Source: Camelus ferus
Taxonomy: Eukaryota
DNA length: 64,000 bases
Direction of reading: 5' to 3'
NCBI RefSeq assembly: GCF_009834535.1
Contig: NC_045707.1
Span: 47,618,001 to 47,682,000 of the forward strand
Shown: positions 11,894 to 24,369 of the stretch, piece by piece
Layout: every line of letters begins with the position of its first letter
How positions within the stretch are numbered: position 1 is the first letter of the stretch
Translations under genes and position numbers: made by a program
Notes under the pieces: model-generated
What the model saw: only the letters and a program-made list of their open reading frames with translations
Databases searched by the model: none
Told to the model about the DNA's origin: nothing

Positions 11894-14488
11894 AGGGAAC
11901 ACTCCCAAACTCATTCTATGAAGCCACCATCACCCTGATACCAAAACCAGACAAAGACACTACCAAAAAAGAAAACTATAGACCAATATCATTGATGAAC
12001 ATAGATGCAAAAATTGTTAACAAAATATTAGCAAACAGAATCCAACAACACATTAAAAATATACACCATGATTAAATTGGGTTCATCCCAGGTAAACAAG
12101 GATGGTTCAACACATGCAAATCAACCAACGTGGTACACCAAAACAAGAGAAAAGACAAAAATCAGGTGATCATCTCAGTAGATGCAGAAAAAGCATTTGA
12201 TAAAATTCAACACTGATTTGTGATAAAAAACTCTAACCAAAGTGGGTTTAGAGGGAACATACCTCAACATAATAAAAGCTATTTATGACAAACTTACAGC
12301 CAGCAATACTCAATGGTGAAAAGTTGAAAGCCTTCCCACTAAAATCCAGAACAAGACAAGAATGTCCTCTCTCATCACTTCTATTCAATATAGTATTGGA
12401 AGTCCTAGCCACAACAATTAGACAAGAAAAAGAAATAAAAGAGATCCAAATTGGAACAGAAGAGGTAAAACTGTCACTATATGCAGATAATATGATACTA
12501 TATATAGAAAACCCTAAAGGCTCCACACAAAAGCTACTAGAGCTGATAAAAGATTTTGGCAAGGTAGAAGGATACAAGATTAACATACAGAAATCTGTTG
12601 CATTTCTTTACATTTACAATGAAATATCAGAAAAGGAAAGAAACAGCCTCTTTTAAAATCGTATCTCCAAAAATAAAATACTCAGAAATAAATCTGACCA
12701 AGGAAGTGAAAGACATATGTGGAGAACTACAAAACACTAAGAAAATTAAAGATGACTTAAAGAAATGGAAGGATATCCCATGTTCTTGGATTGGAAGAAT
12801 ATATACTGTTAAAATGGCCATACTACTCAAATCAGTCTATAGATTTAATGCGATTCCTATCAAATTACCCAGGACATTTTTCACAGAACTAAAACAAATA
12901 ATCCTAATATTTTATATGGAATCACAAAAGACCCAGAATTGCCAAAGCAATACTGAAGAAAAAGAATGAAACTGGGGGAATAAACCTCCCAGACTTCAGA
13001 CAATAGTACACAGCTACAGTAATCAAAATAGCATGGTATTGGTACAAAAACAGACATATGGATCAATGGAACAGAACACAGAGCCCAGAAATAAACCTAC
13101 AGACTTTTGGTCAATTAATCTTTGACAAAGGAGGCAAGAATACACAATGGAGTAAAGACAGTCTCTTCAGCAAGTGGTGCTGGGAAAATTGGACAGCTGC
13201 ATGTAAATCAATGAAGTTAGAAAACTCCCTCACATCTTACACAAAAATAAACTCAGAATGACTTAAAGGCTTAAACATAAGACAAGACACTATAAACCTC
13301 TTAGAAGAAAACATAGGCAAAACATTACCCAACATAAATTTTAGCAATGTTCTCCTAATCTACCCAGGCAATAGAAATAAAAGCAAAAATAAACAAATGG
13401 GACCTAATTAAAGGTATAAGCTTTTGCACAGCAAAGGAAACCATAAGCTAAACAAAAAGACAACCTATGGAATGGGAGAAAATATTTGCAGAAGACCAAC
13501 AAGGGCTTAATTCCAGCTTAATTAAACAGCTCATACAACTTAATAAGAAAAAAACAAACCACCCAATCCAAAAATGGGCAGAAGACCCTAACAAGCAATT
13601 CTCCAATGAAGACATACAAATGGCCAATAGGCATATGAAAAAATGCTCAATATTGCTAATTATCAGAGAAATGCAAATGAAAATTACAGTGAGGTATTAC
13701 CTCACACCAGGCAGAATGGCCGTCATTCAAAAGTCCACAAACAATAAATGCTAGAGAGGCTGTGGAGAAAAGGGAACCCTCCTATACTGTTAGTGGGAAT
13801 GTAGTTTGGTGCAGCTGTTACAGAAAACAGTAGCGATTCCTCAAAAAACCAAAGGAGACGTACCATATAATCCAGCAATCCCATTCCTTGGTATATATCC
13901 AGAGGAAACTCTAATTCAAAAAGATAATGCACCCCAATGTTCATAGCAGCACTATATACAATAGCCAAGACATAGAAACAACCTAAATGTTCATCAACAG
14001 ATGACTGGATAAAGAAGATATGGTATATTTATACAATGGAATACTACTTAGCCATAAAAAAGAAAAATGCCATTTGCAGAAACATGGATGGACCTGGAGA
14101 TCATCATTCTAAGTGAAGTAAGCCAGAAAGAGAAAGAAGAATACTATATGATATCACTTATATGTGGAAGCTAAGAAAAAGACAAATGAACTTATTTACA
14201 AAACAGAAATACACTCAGACATAGAGAACAAACTTATGGTTACCAGTGTGGGAAGGGGGAAGGGAAGGGATAAATTGGGAGTTCAAGATTTGCAGATACT
14301 AACTACGATATGTAAAATAGATGAACAACAAGTTTATACCATACAGCACAGAGAACTGTATTCAGTATCTTGTAGTAACCTATAATGAAAAAGAACATGA
14401 AAGCAAATATATTTATGTATAATGTATGACTGAACTATTATGCTATACACCAGAAATTGACACATTTAAAACTATTTCAATAAAAAAA
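11894..14488 (+). mobile_element. 5'-truncated L1 (~2.6 kb): disrupted ORF2 reverse transcriptase, C-terminal domain and 3' UTR
   Basis: ORF-track fragments carry L1 ORF2 motifs ([49 protein letters not shown]) with frameshifts and stops; ends in AATAAA plus an A-run. Confidence 0.97.
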
Positions 14489-14845
14489 TTCACAACAATG
14501 CACATCCAATTTTAAAAACAAAAAAATGCTACTTTAGCAACATGACAAACACATTATTTGTATATTTTTAAAAGGATTCCTTCTGTACAGTGGGCTTAAA
14601 CTAAGTACTGGCCTCCAATTCCCAGGTGCAAATTTTAAGGGAAAATAATAAAAAATACTAGACAATATGGGGAGTAGTAACTGCCATATAGTGATATATG
14701 TGCCTTAATGGAGTAAAAATCTTAATGAAGGTACTACAGTTTGGATACGGTACAGTCTAATCCTGTCCCCTGCTTTGAATGTTGCCCAAGAAGGCTTCTC
14801 TGACACTGCAGTCTACCCTTCTGACTAATCAACAATATTCATCTA

Positions 14846-15006
14846 TCTCATCACAGGGGGAAAAAAAGGTGTACATATGGTAATAGATGTTAACTAAACC
14901 TACTGTGGTAATCATTTTGCACTATGTACATATTTCAGATCATTACATTGTATACTTTATACAATATTCTCTGTCAATTATATCTCAATAAAATTGGGGA
15001 AAAAAG
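14846..15006 (+). mobile_element. L1 3' terminal fragment (older subfamily)
   Basis: gatgttaactaaacctactgtggtaatcattttgca...tgtcaattatatctcaataaaattggggaaaaaa. Confidence 0.8.
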
Positions 15007-15413
15007 AAATCAATACAATAAAATATGATGCTATGGAGGGCTGAAACTTTTTAAAAAGCAAACAAAAAACCCAAATTGCCATCTATTAATCTCGAGTTAA
15101 TATCTTTCTAACAAGCTTTTAAACTTCTTGACAACTGGGGCAGTGTCTTCTACCTCTCTGCCATCATCTCGAGTTTACAGACATACAGCCACATAACAGG
15201 TTTTAAGTAAAAGTCTAGGGAGGATATAATGTGATACTGACTCTAATGTTCAGATGAGCTTCCTGTGATTGATTATTTCACTCTGGAGTCAGAATACTTT
15301 AGAAAGAATAAGTCAATAATTTGCATACAGGAAGTGCTAAATGAATGAGTAGTTTCTTTAAAAAAGTTGAGTTATTCTACTGATTGTATCAAAAGACTAT
15401 TAGACAGGTACTA

Positions 15414-15468
15414 CAGTTGACCCTTGAACAACAAAGGTTTGAACTGAGCAGGTCCACTTATACACAGG
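15414..15468. mobile_element. Tigger2/MER8-type terminal fragment (TcMar)
   Basis: TA followed by cagttgacccttgaacaac...tttgaactg...ggtccacttata, the Tigger2-group terminal inverted repeat. Confidence 0.75.
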
Positions 15469-16259
15469 AAGGTGTCCCTACACATAAAATCTCCCCTACC
15501 TGCTTCCCGATGTTTAAAATTCCACTATCACGGCTGCATTGCTTGGCTTCAAGTCATGTCCTGTCAAAATTCAAATACATTGGGGATAGATTAGTAACAC
15601 TGTAAGCCAAGCAGCCTGCCAGCCTGCCTGCCTTCCTTCTTCCATCCATCCTTTCCTTCAATAAATATTTTTGGAGATAGACTCTATCTAGCTGGGTAAC
15701 TGGTGTGAGGTTAAAGGTAAAGAAGTGGTCTCTGCCCTCAGGAAGGTCTTGTTTCTGAACGGAGATGAATGTGAAAGAAATATAATACAGTGTTTTAGAT
15801 ACTATGATGGAGGCACTTGTGAAGTGTAAGGAAATCCAAAAGGGATAAATACACTGCTCTACTTGGAAAGATGAGTGTGAAAATCCCTTAAGCCTGAAGT
15901 CCTTCACACTTTAGTAAGAATGAACTGTAAAGTTTTCTTCCCCCCTAAGAGGTATATTTTGGCGATAGGATAAAAAGGTTAGGAGTCAGTGTGAATTCAC
16001 TAGAATATCATATATATAGAGAGAGGAAATGACAGCAAAGAAAAACCTGGAATCAAAGTCTTAACACTGAGCTGATTGCCTAACTGAGGGTAGATTAGGC
16101 CCTTCTCACATGAGCCTGCCTAACTGGCAGGCAATGTGTTAAAAACACTAATAAAAAAACAATAACCTTGCAAAAGGGTTTATATCTATTCTACAAGGGA
16201 AAAAAAGGTTGTTGTGATTGACTGACAGCCACAGAGGCAAGCATTTCTTAATTGAAAAT

Positions 16260-16481
16260 AAGAGCGTCAGCAAACCTTTTCTATAAAGTGCCAGATAGTA
16301 AATATTTTAGGCTTTGTGAGCCATATGGTCTCTGTAGTGGCTACTCAATTCTGTGGTTGCAGTGTAAAAGTAGCCACGGACAGTATTTAAATGAATAGAT
16401 GTGACTGTGTTTCAATATAACTTTATTTACAAAAACAGGTGGGCTGGATTTGGGTTATAGGACATAGTTTGCTAGCCCCTG
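16260..16481. mobile_element. MER58A hAT-Charlie MITE
   Basis: cagcaaacc...gccagatagtaaatattttaggctttgtgagccatatggtctctgt...aactttatttacaaaaacagg...catagtttgctagcccctg. Confidence 0.85.
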
Positions 16482-17329
16482 GTTTATACCATTTGATAGG
16501 CATATTAAAGTTAAGTAAGTTTAAGTAAGTTTTAAACAAAGTTTAAGTAAGTTTTTTGAGGTGAGGCCCCCAGCTTCTCAATGGACAGCTGGGCATAATG
16601 CAGAGTCCTTTTCTCTACATTATCTGACCACACAGCCAGGGAAGTAGCCATCTGAAGGAAGTAGGCCTTTGAACAAATGTCTGCTGAAAAGATTGAAGTG
16701 ACAGGAAGAGAGGGAGCAAAAGACAGGCAGACAGAAGGTGTTTGCACCATAGAAGTTAGCTATTTACCAAAAATTCATGCTTAAGGTGAATTTTTTGATT
16801 AAAAAAGGTGTAGACTGAGTGGTCTGTGGCTAATGTAAAATTACTTTTTAGTAGTAATGCATGAATGTTTATTTAACACATTAATTCACAGTTTATAGTT
16901 ACTTAGTCTTTCATTTATTCATTCCACAAACATTGCCTATTACATGCCAAATATTGTACTAAGTGCTGGAAGAACAATATTGAATAATTCTGGGTCATCA
17001 CTATATACCAAGATATCCAAATTACCTCCCCTCTGACTCCCTGTTGTGATTTTCTATAACCTTCCACTATTTTGTAATATATGACTGTGACACATTGAGC
17101 CCCACAGAGCTTTTTAAGGCTTCAAGCCCTGTGACTAAGTTTTTCCTTTGAATTTTCAAAGACTATTTCTGTTATTGCCTCACAAAGATTCTGCAGGTCA
17201 ATAAGTATTACCTGCATGTCAACTTTTACAAATGGCTTGGTGTATCCCATCACTTAACCTGTATGTCTGCTAACTCTATCTTATACTCAGAGCTGGACAC
17301 AGACTTTACCTGCTCTAGGAAGCATTCCT

Positions 17330-17890
17330 TGATTGACTCTCAGATATATACCTCCATCCCTGATGCCTACTCTAGTCAACTATCTACTCAAAACTGCCAC
17401 TCAGATGTTCCATACATCTTCAAATTCAACATGTTCAAACTTATACCCCACCCACCTATATCCCCTTTTCCCCCCAAGGTTACCCAGATCAGTGAATGGA
17501 ACCATTTGCCACCCAGGAGTGCAAGCCAGAAGCTTGGAAGTCATTCTTGAAACTTTCTTCCCCTCACCCCTTGGGGTCTACTATTCACAAAGTCTAGGTA
17601 ATTCTATCTCCTAAATATCTCTTGAACTGAGATACTTCTAACTCCACTACCTTCATCAGAGCTTAACCTACCAACCTCTCACATCTAAATATTCTAATTG
17701 TTCTGCTGGTGTCCACTCTCATCTAAATCTCATGTCTACCCTGTAACTGTCTGATCGTATCCATTCAATGGTTTCACTCTGCTGTTAGGGTAAGGAACAA
17801 ATTTCTAGACTCTGCATGATGACTCTAATCAATATCACCTTTCTCTGACACTACTTTTTCACTTTCTCTGAAACATCTGAATCAGGTGTC
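17330..17890 (+). mobile_element. L2 LINE fragment
   Basis: cttcaaattcaacatgttcaaac...cagtgaatggaaccatttgccacccaggagtgcaagccagaagcttggaagtcattcttga, typical L2 ORF2 3' region. Confidence 0.7.
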
Positions 17891-17918
17891 ACTTTAGAGC
17901 TTTATTCTGGTTTGCACC

Positions 17919-18315
17919 TGTGGAAGATTTGCATTAATGGCCCCATTCTTCAGCAGCCCTTGTTTCCCACCCCTTGCCATGTAACACTTAAGTGCTCTCT
18001 CACTGCTGGTGACAATTTCCTGCCCCTGACTTCAGCCATGTGACTTGCTTTGGTCAATAGAATCAGACAAGGTTCAGAGTCCAGGGTCCAAAATGCCTTG
18101 TATGTTTCCATTTAGCCTCCTGAACCTCTCTCTTCACCATAAGAACAACAAGCCCAGGGTAGCTCTTTGGTAGCATGAAAAGGATGAGGGACATGTGAAG
18201 TGGATCTACCCAGCTGAACCCAGTCTAGATCAACTGACCCCAATGGACACACAGATTTATAAGAAACCATACCAGGTTGCTGTTTTAGGACAATATTTTG
18301 CATTTGCCTATGGCT
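17919..18315 (+). mobile_element. MaLR solo LTR (MLT1I/J-like)
   Basis: gccatgtgacttgctttggtcaatagaat hallmark; tgtgg start. Confidence 0.7.
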
Positions 18316-19569
18316 TTGTAAATATCCTCTACCTTAGTTGATATTTAGGTCAACTAGGGTTAGAAACCACAAAAACTGCATAGATGAATCTCATCATTCC
18401 TACTATGAACAGCAAACTCTTGCTTGAGGACTGAGGTCCAGTAATAAAACAACGGCTAATTGCCTGAGGATTCCTCCATGACTTCCCAAATGAAATGTGG
18501 GTTTTCCCACCAATCCCACAAAGTGGGTGGATGAAACCAGGCACGAATCTTTCCCTTGCTGCCACAGAAGCTCTTTATCCACTGCCACAGCCTGGGGACA
18601 ACGCTAAAAGTTCAGAGCTGGTTTCTGAAGTGACACAATCCACTTACATTTTAGATAAAGGTACAGTCTGTCATAACAGGCATTTTAAAGGTCGTCCTAG
18701 ATTTAAACAGCACATTTTGTTCCTGTTATCCTTGTCTTCTGAATTTCTCTTTGAAAAGCTATTGAACGTTTCTGGCCTTTACATTTTCCCTACCTGACAA
18801 AACCTATTACTAGGTAGAAGTTAATTAAGCCACAGGGTTAAATCATTGACAATTCAAAATGAAAACCACGGCCACCTGTGGCTGTCATATCTTGCCCCAA
18901 AAAGACACACCACGATGCTGGGCTCATAAAGGAGACTCTTGAAATTAAGGCTTTCTCACCCATAAATATGAAGAGTGACTTGGGGGCTGTAAAACAAAGT
19001 GCCCTTTGATTAATACACCATCAGGTTCGCTGTGTCAGAACAAAAGTAAAGATGTAAACAGTTAACAGACTTCATTGTCCCGGAGAAAATGAAGACATAC
19101 CTGGATTGATGCAATTCTTCTCTCTGAAATAAATTTTAAAAAATACATGTTTTAGTTTTGCTCAAACCCACCCCAAATTCCAAAGCAGACATCTTTAAAG
19201 CAGAGGCCGTTAACTTCCCTAGCTAAAATGTTTTGGATTTTTCTTTACGGAGGAGAGGGTGAGAAGATTAGAAACCTGAATAATTTGCTCTTTCTGCCCT
19301 TCTAAACCAGCCACACCAGGTTTTCCTCAAATGGCCTGGATTTGCAAGACGGCCATCTTTACTATCCAACGCCTGACAGCGTCCCTAGCCTAGGTCCGTT
19401 CTTAAAGTGCCTTCAAGAATATAGAAGAAAGTGAGCTCGCCCTCCATTCTTCTACCCTAGACTACTGCACCCCTCTTACTTGACGGCCACCTGTCCTAGA
19501 CTGTGTGTCCCCTGGGCTGTGACTTGCTGCGCTCTCATCACAGCCCCTCACCCCCACCCTGCCCTCTGG

Positions 19570-20340
19570 GCAATATCGCAACCTGGAGACTACTGTGCTT
19601 TGCGCCCATAGGAGAGGCAGGAGGCTAAGAGCTGTTACCTGAGGTCCAAGGGGCCCGTGGGGCGCCGCTGGGTGCTGCGGGGGCGTCCTCTCCTGGAAAA
19701 GGAGGCCTAAGAACGCGGAGAGAGGCTGAAGCGCGGAAAGGGCACCCTCATCCCTAGGCCACATTTGTCGCTCAAACGAGTCAGTTGCGTTGAGGGCCCT
19801 TTCAGGGTCCGGAGGCAATCTTAAGCGCGGTCTCAAGGGCAATAGCGGGTGCGCATACTCCTCTGGGGTTCCAAACGGCCTGCTGGAAAGTTAACAAGGG
19901 GAGTAAGCTGGCTCCTTCCGGCTTCCCCAACTCGGAATCTCCAAGGCGGCTCGCTGAGGCGGCGCGTGCGCAGTGCCTGACGCAGTCCCGTGCGCAGCCT
20001 TGTGCGCAGCCTAGCGCGCAGCCCCACAGCTGTTGCTGCTTAACCTCCTCAAAGTGGGCGAGGTGGAAACTCGGCCTGGAGCTTGCCGATTAAAGTGGAG
20101 ACGATTCCCCGGTTCTCACAGTGCTTCTTCGACAGGCTTTCCAGGGGGTGCCGAGGAGAGGTCCCGCAGCCTCGAGGCTGCACCCTTGGGACGGGCGGCT
20201 CCGTGATCTCCACGCGGCTGAGAGGTCCGGCTGCTGGAAGCTTCCAGGGAACTCCCGCATTGCTGCTGTTCTCCGGAGCGCCCTGGGGTGGTTCCCTTTT
20301 GGCCTTCAGGTGCCTCTTATCCTCCGGCGTGTCCTCGTCC
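19570..20340. promoter_or_regulatory. CpG island, probable (bidirectional) promoter
   Basis: Only extended GC- and CpG-dense segment in an otherwise CpG-depleted window; NRF1 consensus TGCGCACGCGC on the minus strand at 19962-19972; donors CAG|GTAACA (minus, 19639/19638) and AGG|GTAATT (plus, 20351/20352). Confidence 0.8.
19966..20025. repeat. Five degenerate 12-bp tandem units (consensus GTGCGCAGYSYY)
   Basis: gtgcgcagtgcc / tgacgcagtccc / gtgcgcagcctt / gtgcgcagccta / gcgcgcagcccc starting at 19966, 19978, 19990, 20002, 20014. Confidence 0.85.
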
Positions 20341-23300
20341 TTTTCCAGAGGGTAATTACAAGCAAGTTGCTGCATCTTTAGTGAGGAAGAGCAGAATCTG
20401 TTGTCAACAAGGAGATGGAGGTGAGAAAAAAAAAAGGTGTTTGAAATCTCACATAAAAACTTGTGATTCATCAAGAGATAGGGAATACCTAGTGAACATT
20501 AGTATCTGTTACGTGTTGTAGATAATTAACATAAATGAGGCCAGCCTTTTCATCTAAATTGTTTACATGTTGAAATTTGTTTACTGTTAATATCCCTTCT
20601 AGGTTCAAACAAAAAAGCTTTAAAAAATGTTGGTGACTTAAGAGACTTATTGGAAGCCACAAAGCCTTTTGATTATTCCATTTTGAGAGAATCAAATATA
20701 CATTCAATTTTTCTTTCTGTCTTTGTTTCTTTTCTCTCTCTCTTTGGCATATTCCAGGGATGTAAGGATATAAGAACAAGAAAAACAAGGCCCCTTCCCT
20801 CAGAATGAGACATGATTTCAACCATAATAATGCAGAGTATTTGGCAAAAGACATTCTACATTTTATCCATCCCATGTTCTAGAAAAGTAACTTGAAAGTT
20901 TGAAAAGAAAAAACCCAGATGCCACCCAGATACCCCGCCTCTCATGATTACAGGTGTTTTCTGATTTGCTAATGAAGAATTACCTCCCAATTAAGCTCTT
21001 CTTATGTTGAAGCAAAGCTGAGTCTACCATTTGCCAACTTGATTCATGGTGACATGGGAATGACTCACTTCTATTCCGTTATTTTGTCGTTTCCCGTGTG
21101 AAGAAAGTAGTGGGATGTGGGAAAGTATCAATCCTTATCCATCCTATCAACTATTGCATAAGAGTCAACTGATTATTTGCAGACCTGGTGTGGGACTGCA
21201 GAGCAGATAATTCAGCCATCTTCCTGTGCCATGAAACATGGGAGGTGGTTTCAGACTGTGCATGGCTTGTTGGTGGATGGAATATCAGTAGTTGACCACA
21301 TATTCTGGGATTTCCAATAATAACTTCAGCAAGTCTATAATTTTACTGCAGTTTGGAACCCTTTGGGAGTGGACACATTTGGACAGCCAGATTTTAAGGA
21401 TAGCTAATAATTTACTTTTTTACTGCTGTATAATTTAAATTGCACTGATAACACTTTTTAGCAGAACTTTTTCTTTTGTGTATTATTTACATCCTCAACT
21501 TGATAATAGAGAAAATTGAACACCAGTAGATTTTATTGATGACTGTTCTCCTATGTGGATTGTCACTCCTAAGACTAGCTGAAATACAATATTATGACTA
21601 TGTTTACTGTGCTTCTATGGAGAAATCAATAATTGTTACAGGTTTTTTTCTTATATGATTTATGCACCCCACACAAAATGGCCTCACACTGATGTACTCC
21701 CTAGTTTTGATTCATTACTTCTCATCACAGTTTTGTACTTGCCTATGGAAGCCACTTTCTTTCCTTTGTTTTTTCTAATCTGTTTCAGGTGTAGTAATCC
21801 AATAACCTTGTGTTAGGAGAATTAATAGGTTCTGAGATTTACTCTTGTCATTAAGAGGGAGGAGCCTTGTGTCATGACATTGCCATAACAATGCTGTGAC
21901 ATTGATTTTGGAAACTTGGTGTTCTTTTATATTTACTCCCTGGCTCTCATCTGGTTTACAGCCAAATGAAACTAACAGGTACTGGGTTTTAGATTGGAGA
22001 GTTGTTCAAGGAACTACTTAGATACCAACTAAAGTCAGTTCGACTCTAAAAGAAATCTGCAATTCTTAACACTGGGTTTACTTTAATATTCTGATCTGAG
22101 TACTCAAGAGTTATAGAACTTCACATGTAGAACAAAAAATGCATGAGGTACCCTTACTTTAGGAAAGAAAGGAGAGAGTAATAGGAAACTTAGATTTTAG
22201 TTAAAATGGGTTTGAACTGCTTTTGATTTTAGATTGATAAATTGATAACTGATAATTTCTGGCTGCTGCTAGCTTCATGGGAGAAGAATGAAAAGGCCCA
22301 TTCTGACCATTGATGAAAACAGTTATATTAGGTCTCTTTTCAGGTCCTTTACTGGAGGGCAAGTTCTTCATTCTCCCGACAAACAGATGGCTGAGCTGAG
22401 GAATAGAGTTACAGGTACTTCACACACATACACACCCAGGGGATTTTATTATTTTCTCCTTCATAGCTTTGTTCAAGTTCTAGGCAGCAACATGGTTAAA
22501 GGAGTTCAGTAAATTTACATAGATACTTGCATAATAGTTCTGCCAGAATACCTAGTCCTTTGGTTTCACCTCTGTTCTTGTGCCTTCTTTCTTCTCCTTA
22601 GAAGGGTTAAGACACTGCCTCAGATTTCCTTTCTAGTCATCCTGACATAGGGTGTGGCAGCCAGTAGACAGTTGTTATACCCAGTAGGACTTAAGGATCA
22701 TTAAGTATTATTTACTGCCCAGTGTCTCAAATTTTGGAACTGAGGCAGTAGTAACTGCTGACACAACTTACCGCAGAACTAGAGAAGCTTTAACTACAGC
22801 AGAGCTTTGGGAGGCCGTCTGCAGAGAAGGGGAGCCCAGGCTCTAGAGTAAATGGTCTGCTTGCTTTCTCTGTCTTACCGCCTCTGTGACCTTGGACAGG
22901 ACAAGCCGTCCCCCTCTGTCATGCTTCAGGCCACATATATGAAAGGATATTAAAGTACCTCCCTCAGAAGCTTCTTGCAGAGATAATGGCTGTGCCTTCT
23001 TGGAGGCCCTCCCTAAGTGATTATTCCCATGGAGCTGGTTAGAAGCCACAAGTTAACAGAAAAGTTCAGGCTAACTCTTTTCTTTTACATTCCCTAAAAG
23101 GCTAAATCAATAAGTGATCATTATAAAGTCAGTTCACCAGGTTTTGACCTAAGCTTTAAGAAGCCAGCAACCACCACCCACACTGTTGGGGTAACACAGT
23201 CTCAGTGTACTCGAAATTAAACCACACAGATTAATGATTCATCCATTCTACTTAGACCTGGTGAGAACAGCAAGGCAGGACCAAGAGAAGCTGGTAGCAG

Positions 23301-24186
23301 CAAGATCTGAACAAATGAGAAGTGTAAGAGGGAAACCCAGACAGCAGCTGAACATCTCCTCTTATGCCTGTGGGGTGGTCTGCGCCTGGACGTGACATTG
23401 TCCAGGTGGGTCCAGACAAGGGAGTCAGTGGAACCACACAACCAGCTGCCGGGTGAGGACTCAGAAGAACAGCTTCCACACTTGGAACAATGGACCCTCC
23501 TGGCCGAGTGCAGCAGGCATGCCTACTTGATGTGAGCTGAAATTAGGAACTGCCCTCTCCCTTCCTTAGAGACTTTTCTAGTTGTTTGTTTATGAAAAAC
23601 CCTAAGGGGAAGCATGTTCTGAATCTAAGACCACCTAAGAAAAAAGGCAGGTGATTTGTTTGTACTGAACAAAGGCTGATCCAATTCAGAAATGATGCAA
23701 TTGTGGCGTTTTACTTCCCCTTCAGGTACTCAGAGATCATCATTAATAGTTCAGCGAGACAGTTCTAGGTTTCTTTTCTGTTCATGTTGTCTAAAGTTGT
23801 GAGAAATCGTTCTTTAAAGCTTACTTTGCTCATAGCCTGAAACAGTTTTTGTGACTCTGTATACTTACTGGAGTGTTTTGATAATCACTGAATAATAAAG
23901 GAAATGATCATTGTGCTTGGGAACACATTAATTTTCAAACAATTAAAATGCAAATGGAAAGGCATTTGTATCTGCCAACATTTTCATTAGACAGTACCCC
24001 AGAGAACCTTTATTTGGTGTCTAGGTAGCGATATCACATACATTCCCAAGAATGTATGCTGTCTTAAAAAATATTTCTGTATCCTTTATAAAAACAAATT
24101 TGGGTAAATTCTAATTCAGTCTAATTTACTGAAGTTTTCATTGCTTAGAATCATTACAGATACTTACTGTGAAGGTTTCCTTAGGT

Positions 24187-24369
24187 CAGTGGTTGTAAAA
24201 GTGGAGTCCCTGAATCAAGCATCAGCATCATTTGAGAACTTGTTTGAAAGGCAAGTTCTTGCCCCACCCCTACTCCTGAATCAGAAACTCTGAGGGTGGG
24301 GCCCACTGTCTATGTTTTAATAAGCTCTCCCCACGATTCTTTGATGTGTTAAAAATTTGAGAACAGCTG
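24187..24369. mobile_element. MER5A hAT-Charlie MITE
   Basis: cagtggtt...gcatcagcatcatttgagaacttgtt...ctgaatcagaaactctgagggtggggccca...tttgagaacagctg. Confidence 0.85.

Noticed and set aside
12248..13968. Cluster of ORFs as a functional reverse transcriptase gene
   Set aside because: Frameshifted L1 ORF2 pieces with the catalytic motif changed to YADN; no promoter, ORF1 or endonuclease domain
14489..14575. 3' transduction after the long L1
   Set aside because: A second A-rich patch exists, but the best TSD candidate matches only 10 of 14 positions, so the true end cannot be fixed
19462..20521. Overlapping 64-141 aa ORFs in the CpG island as coding genes
   Set aside because: Expected from stop-codon scarcity in GC-rich DNA; several lack a true ATG start and none resembles a known protein
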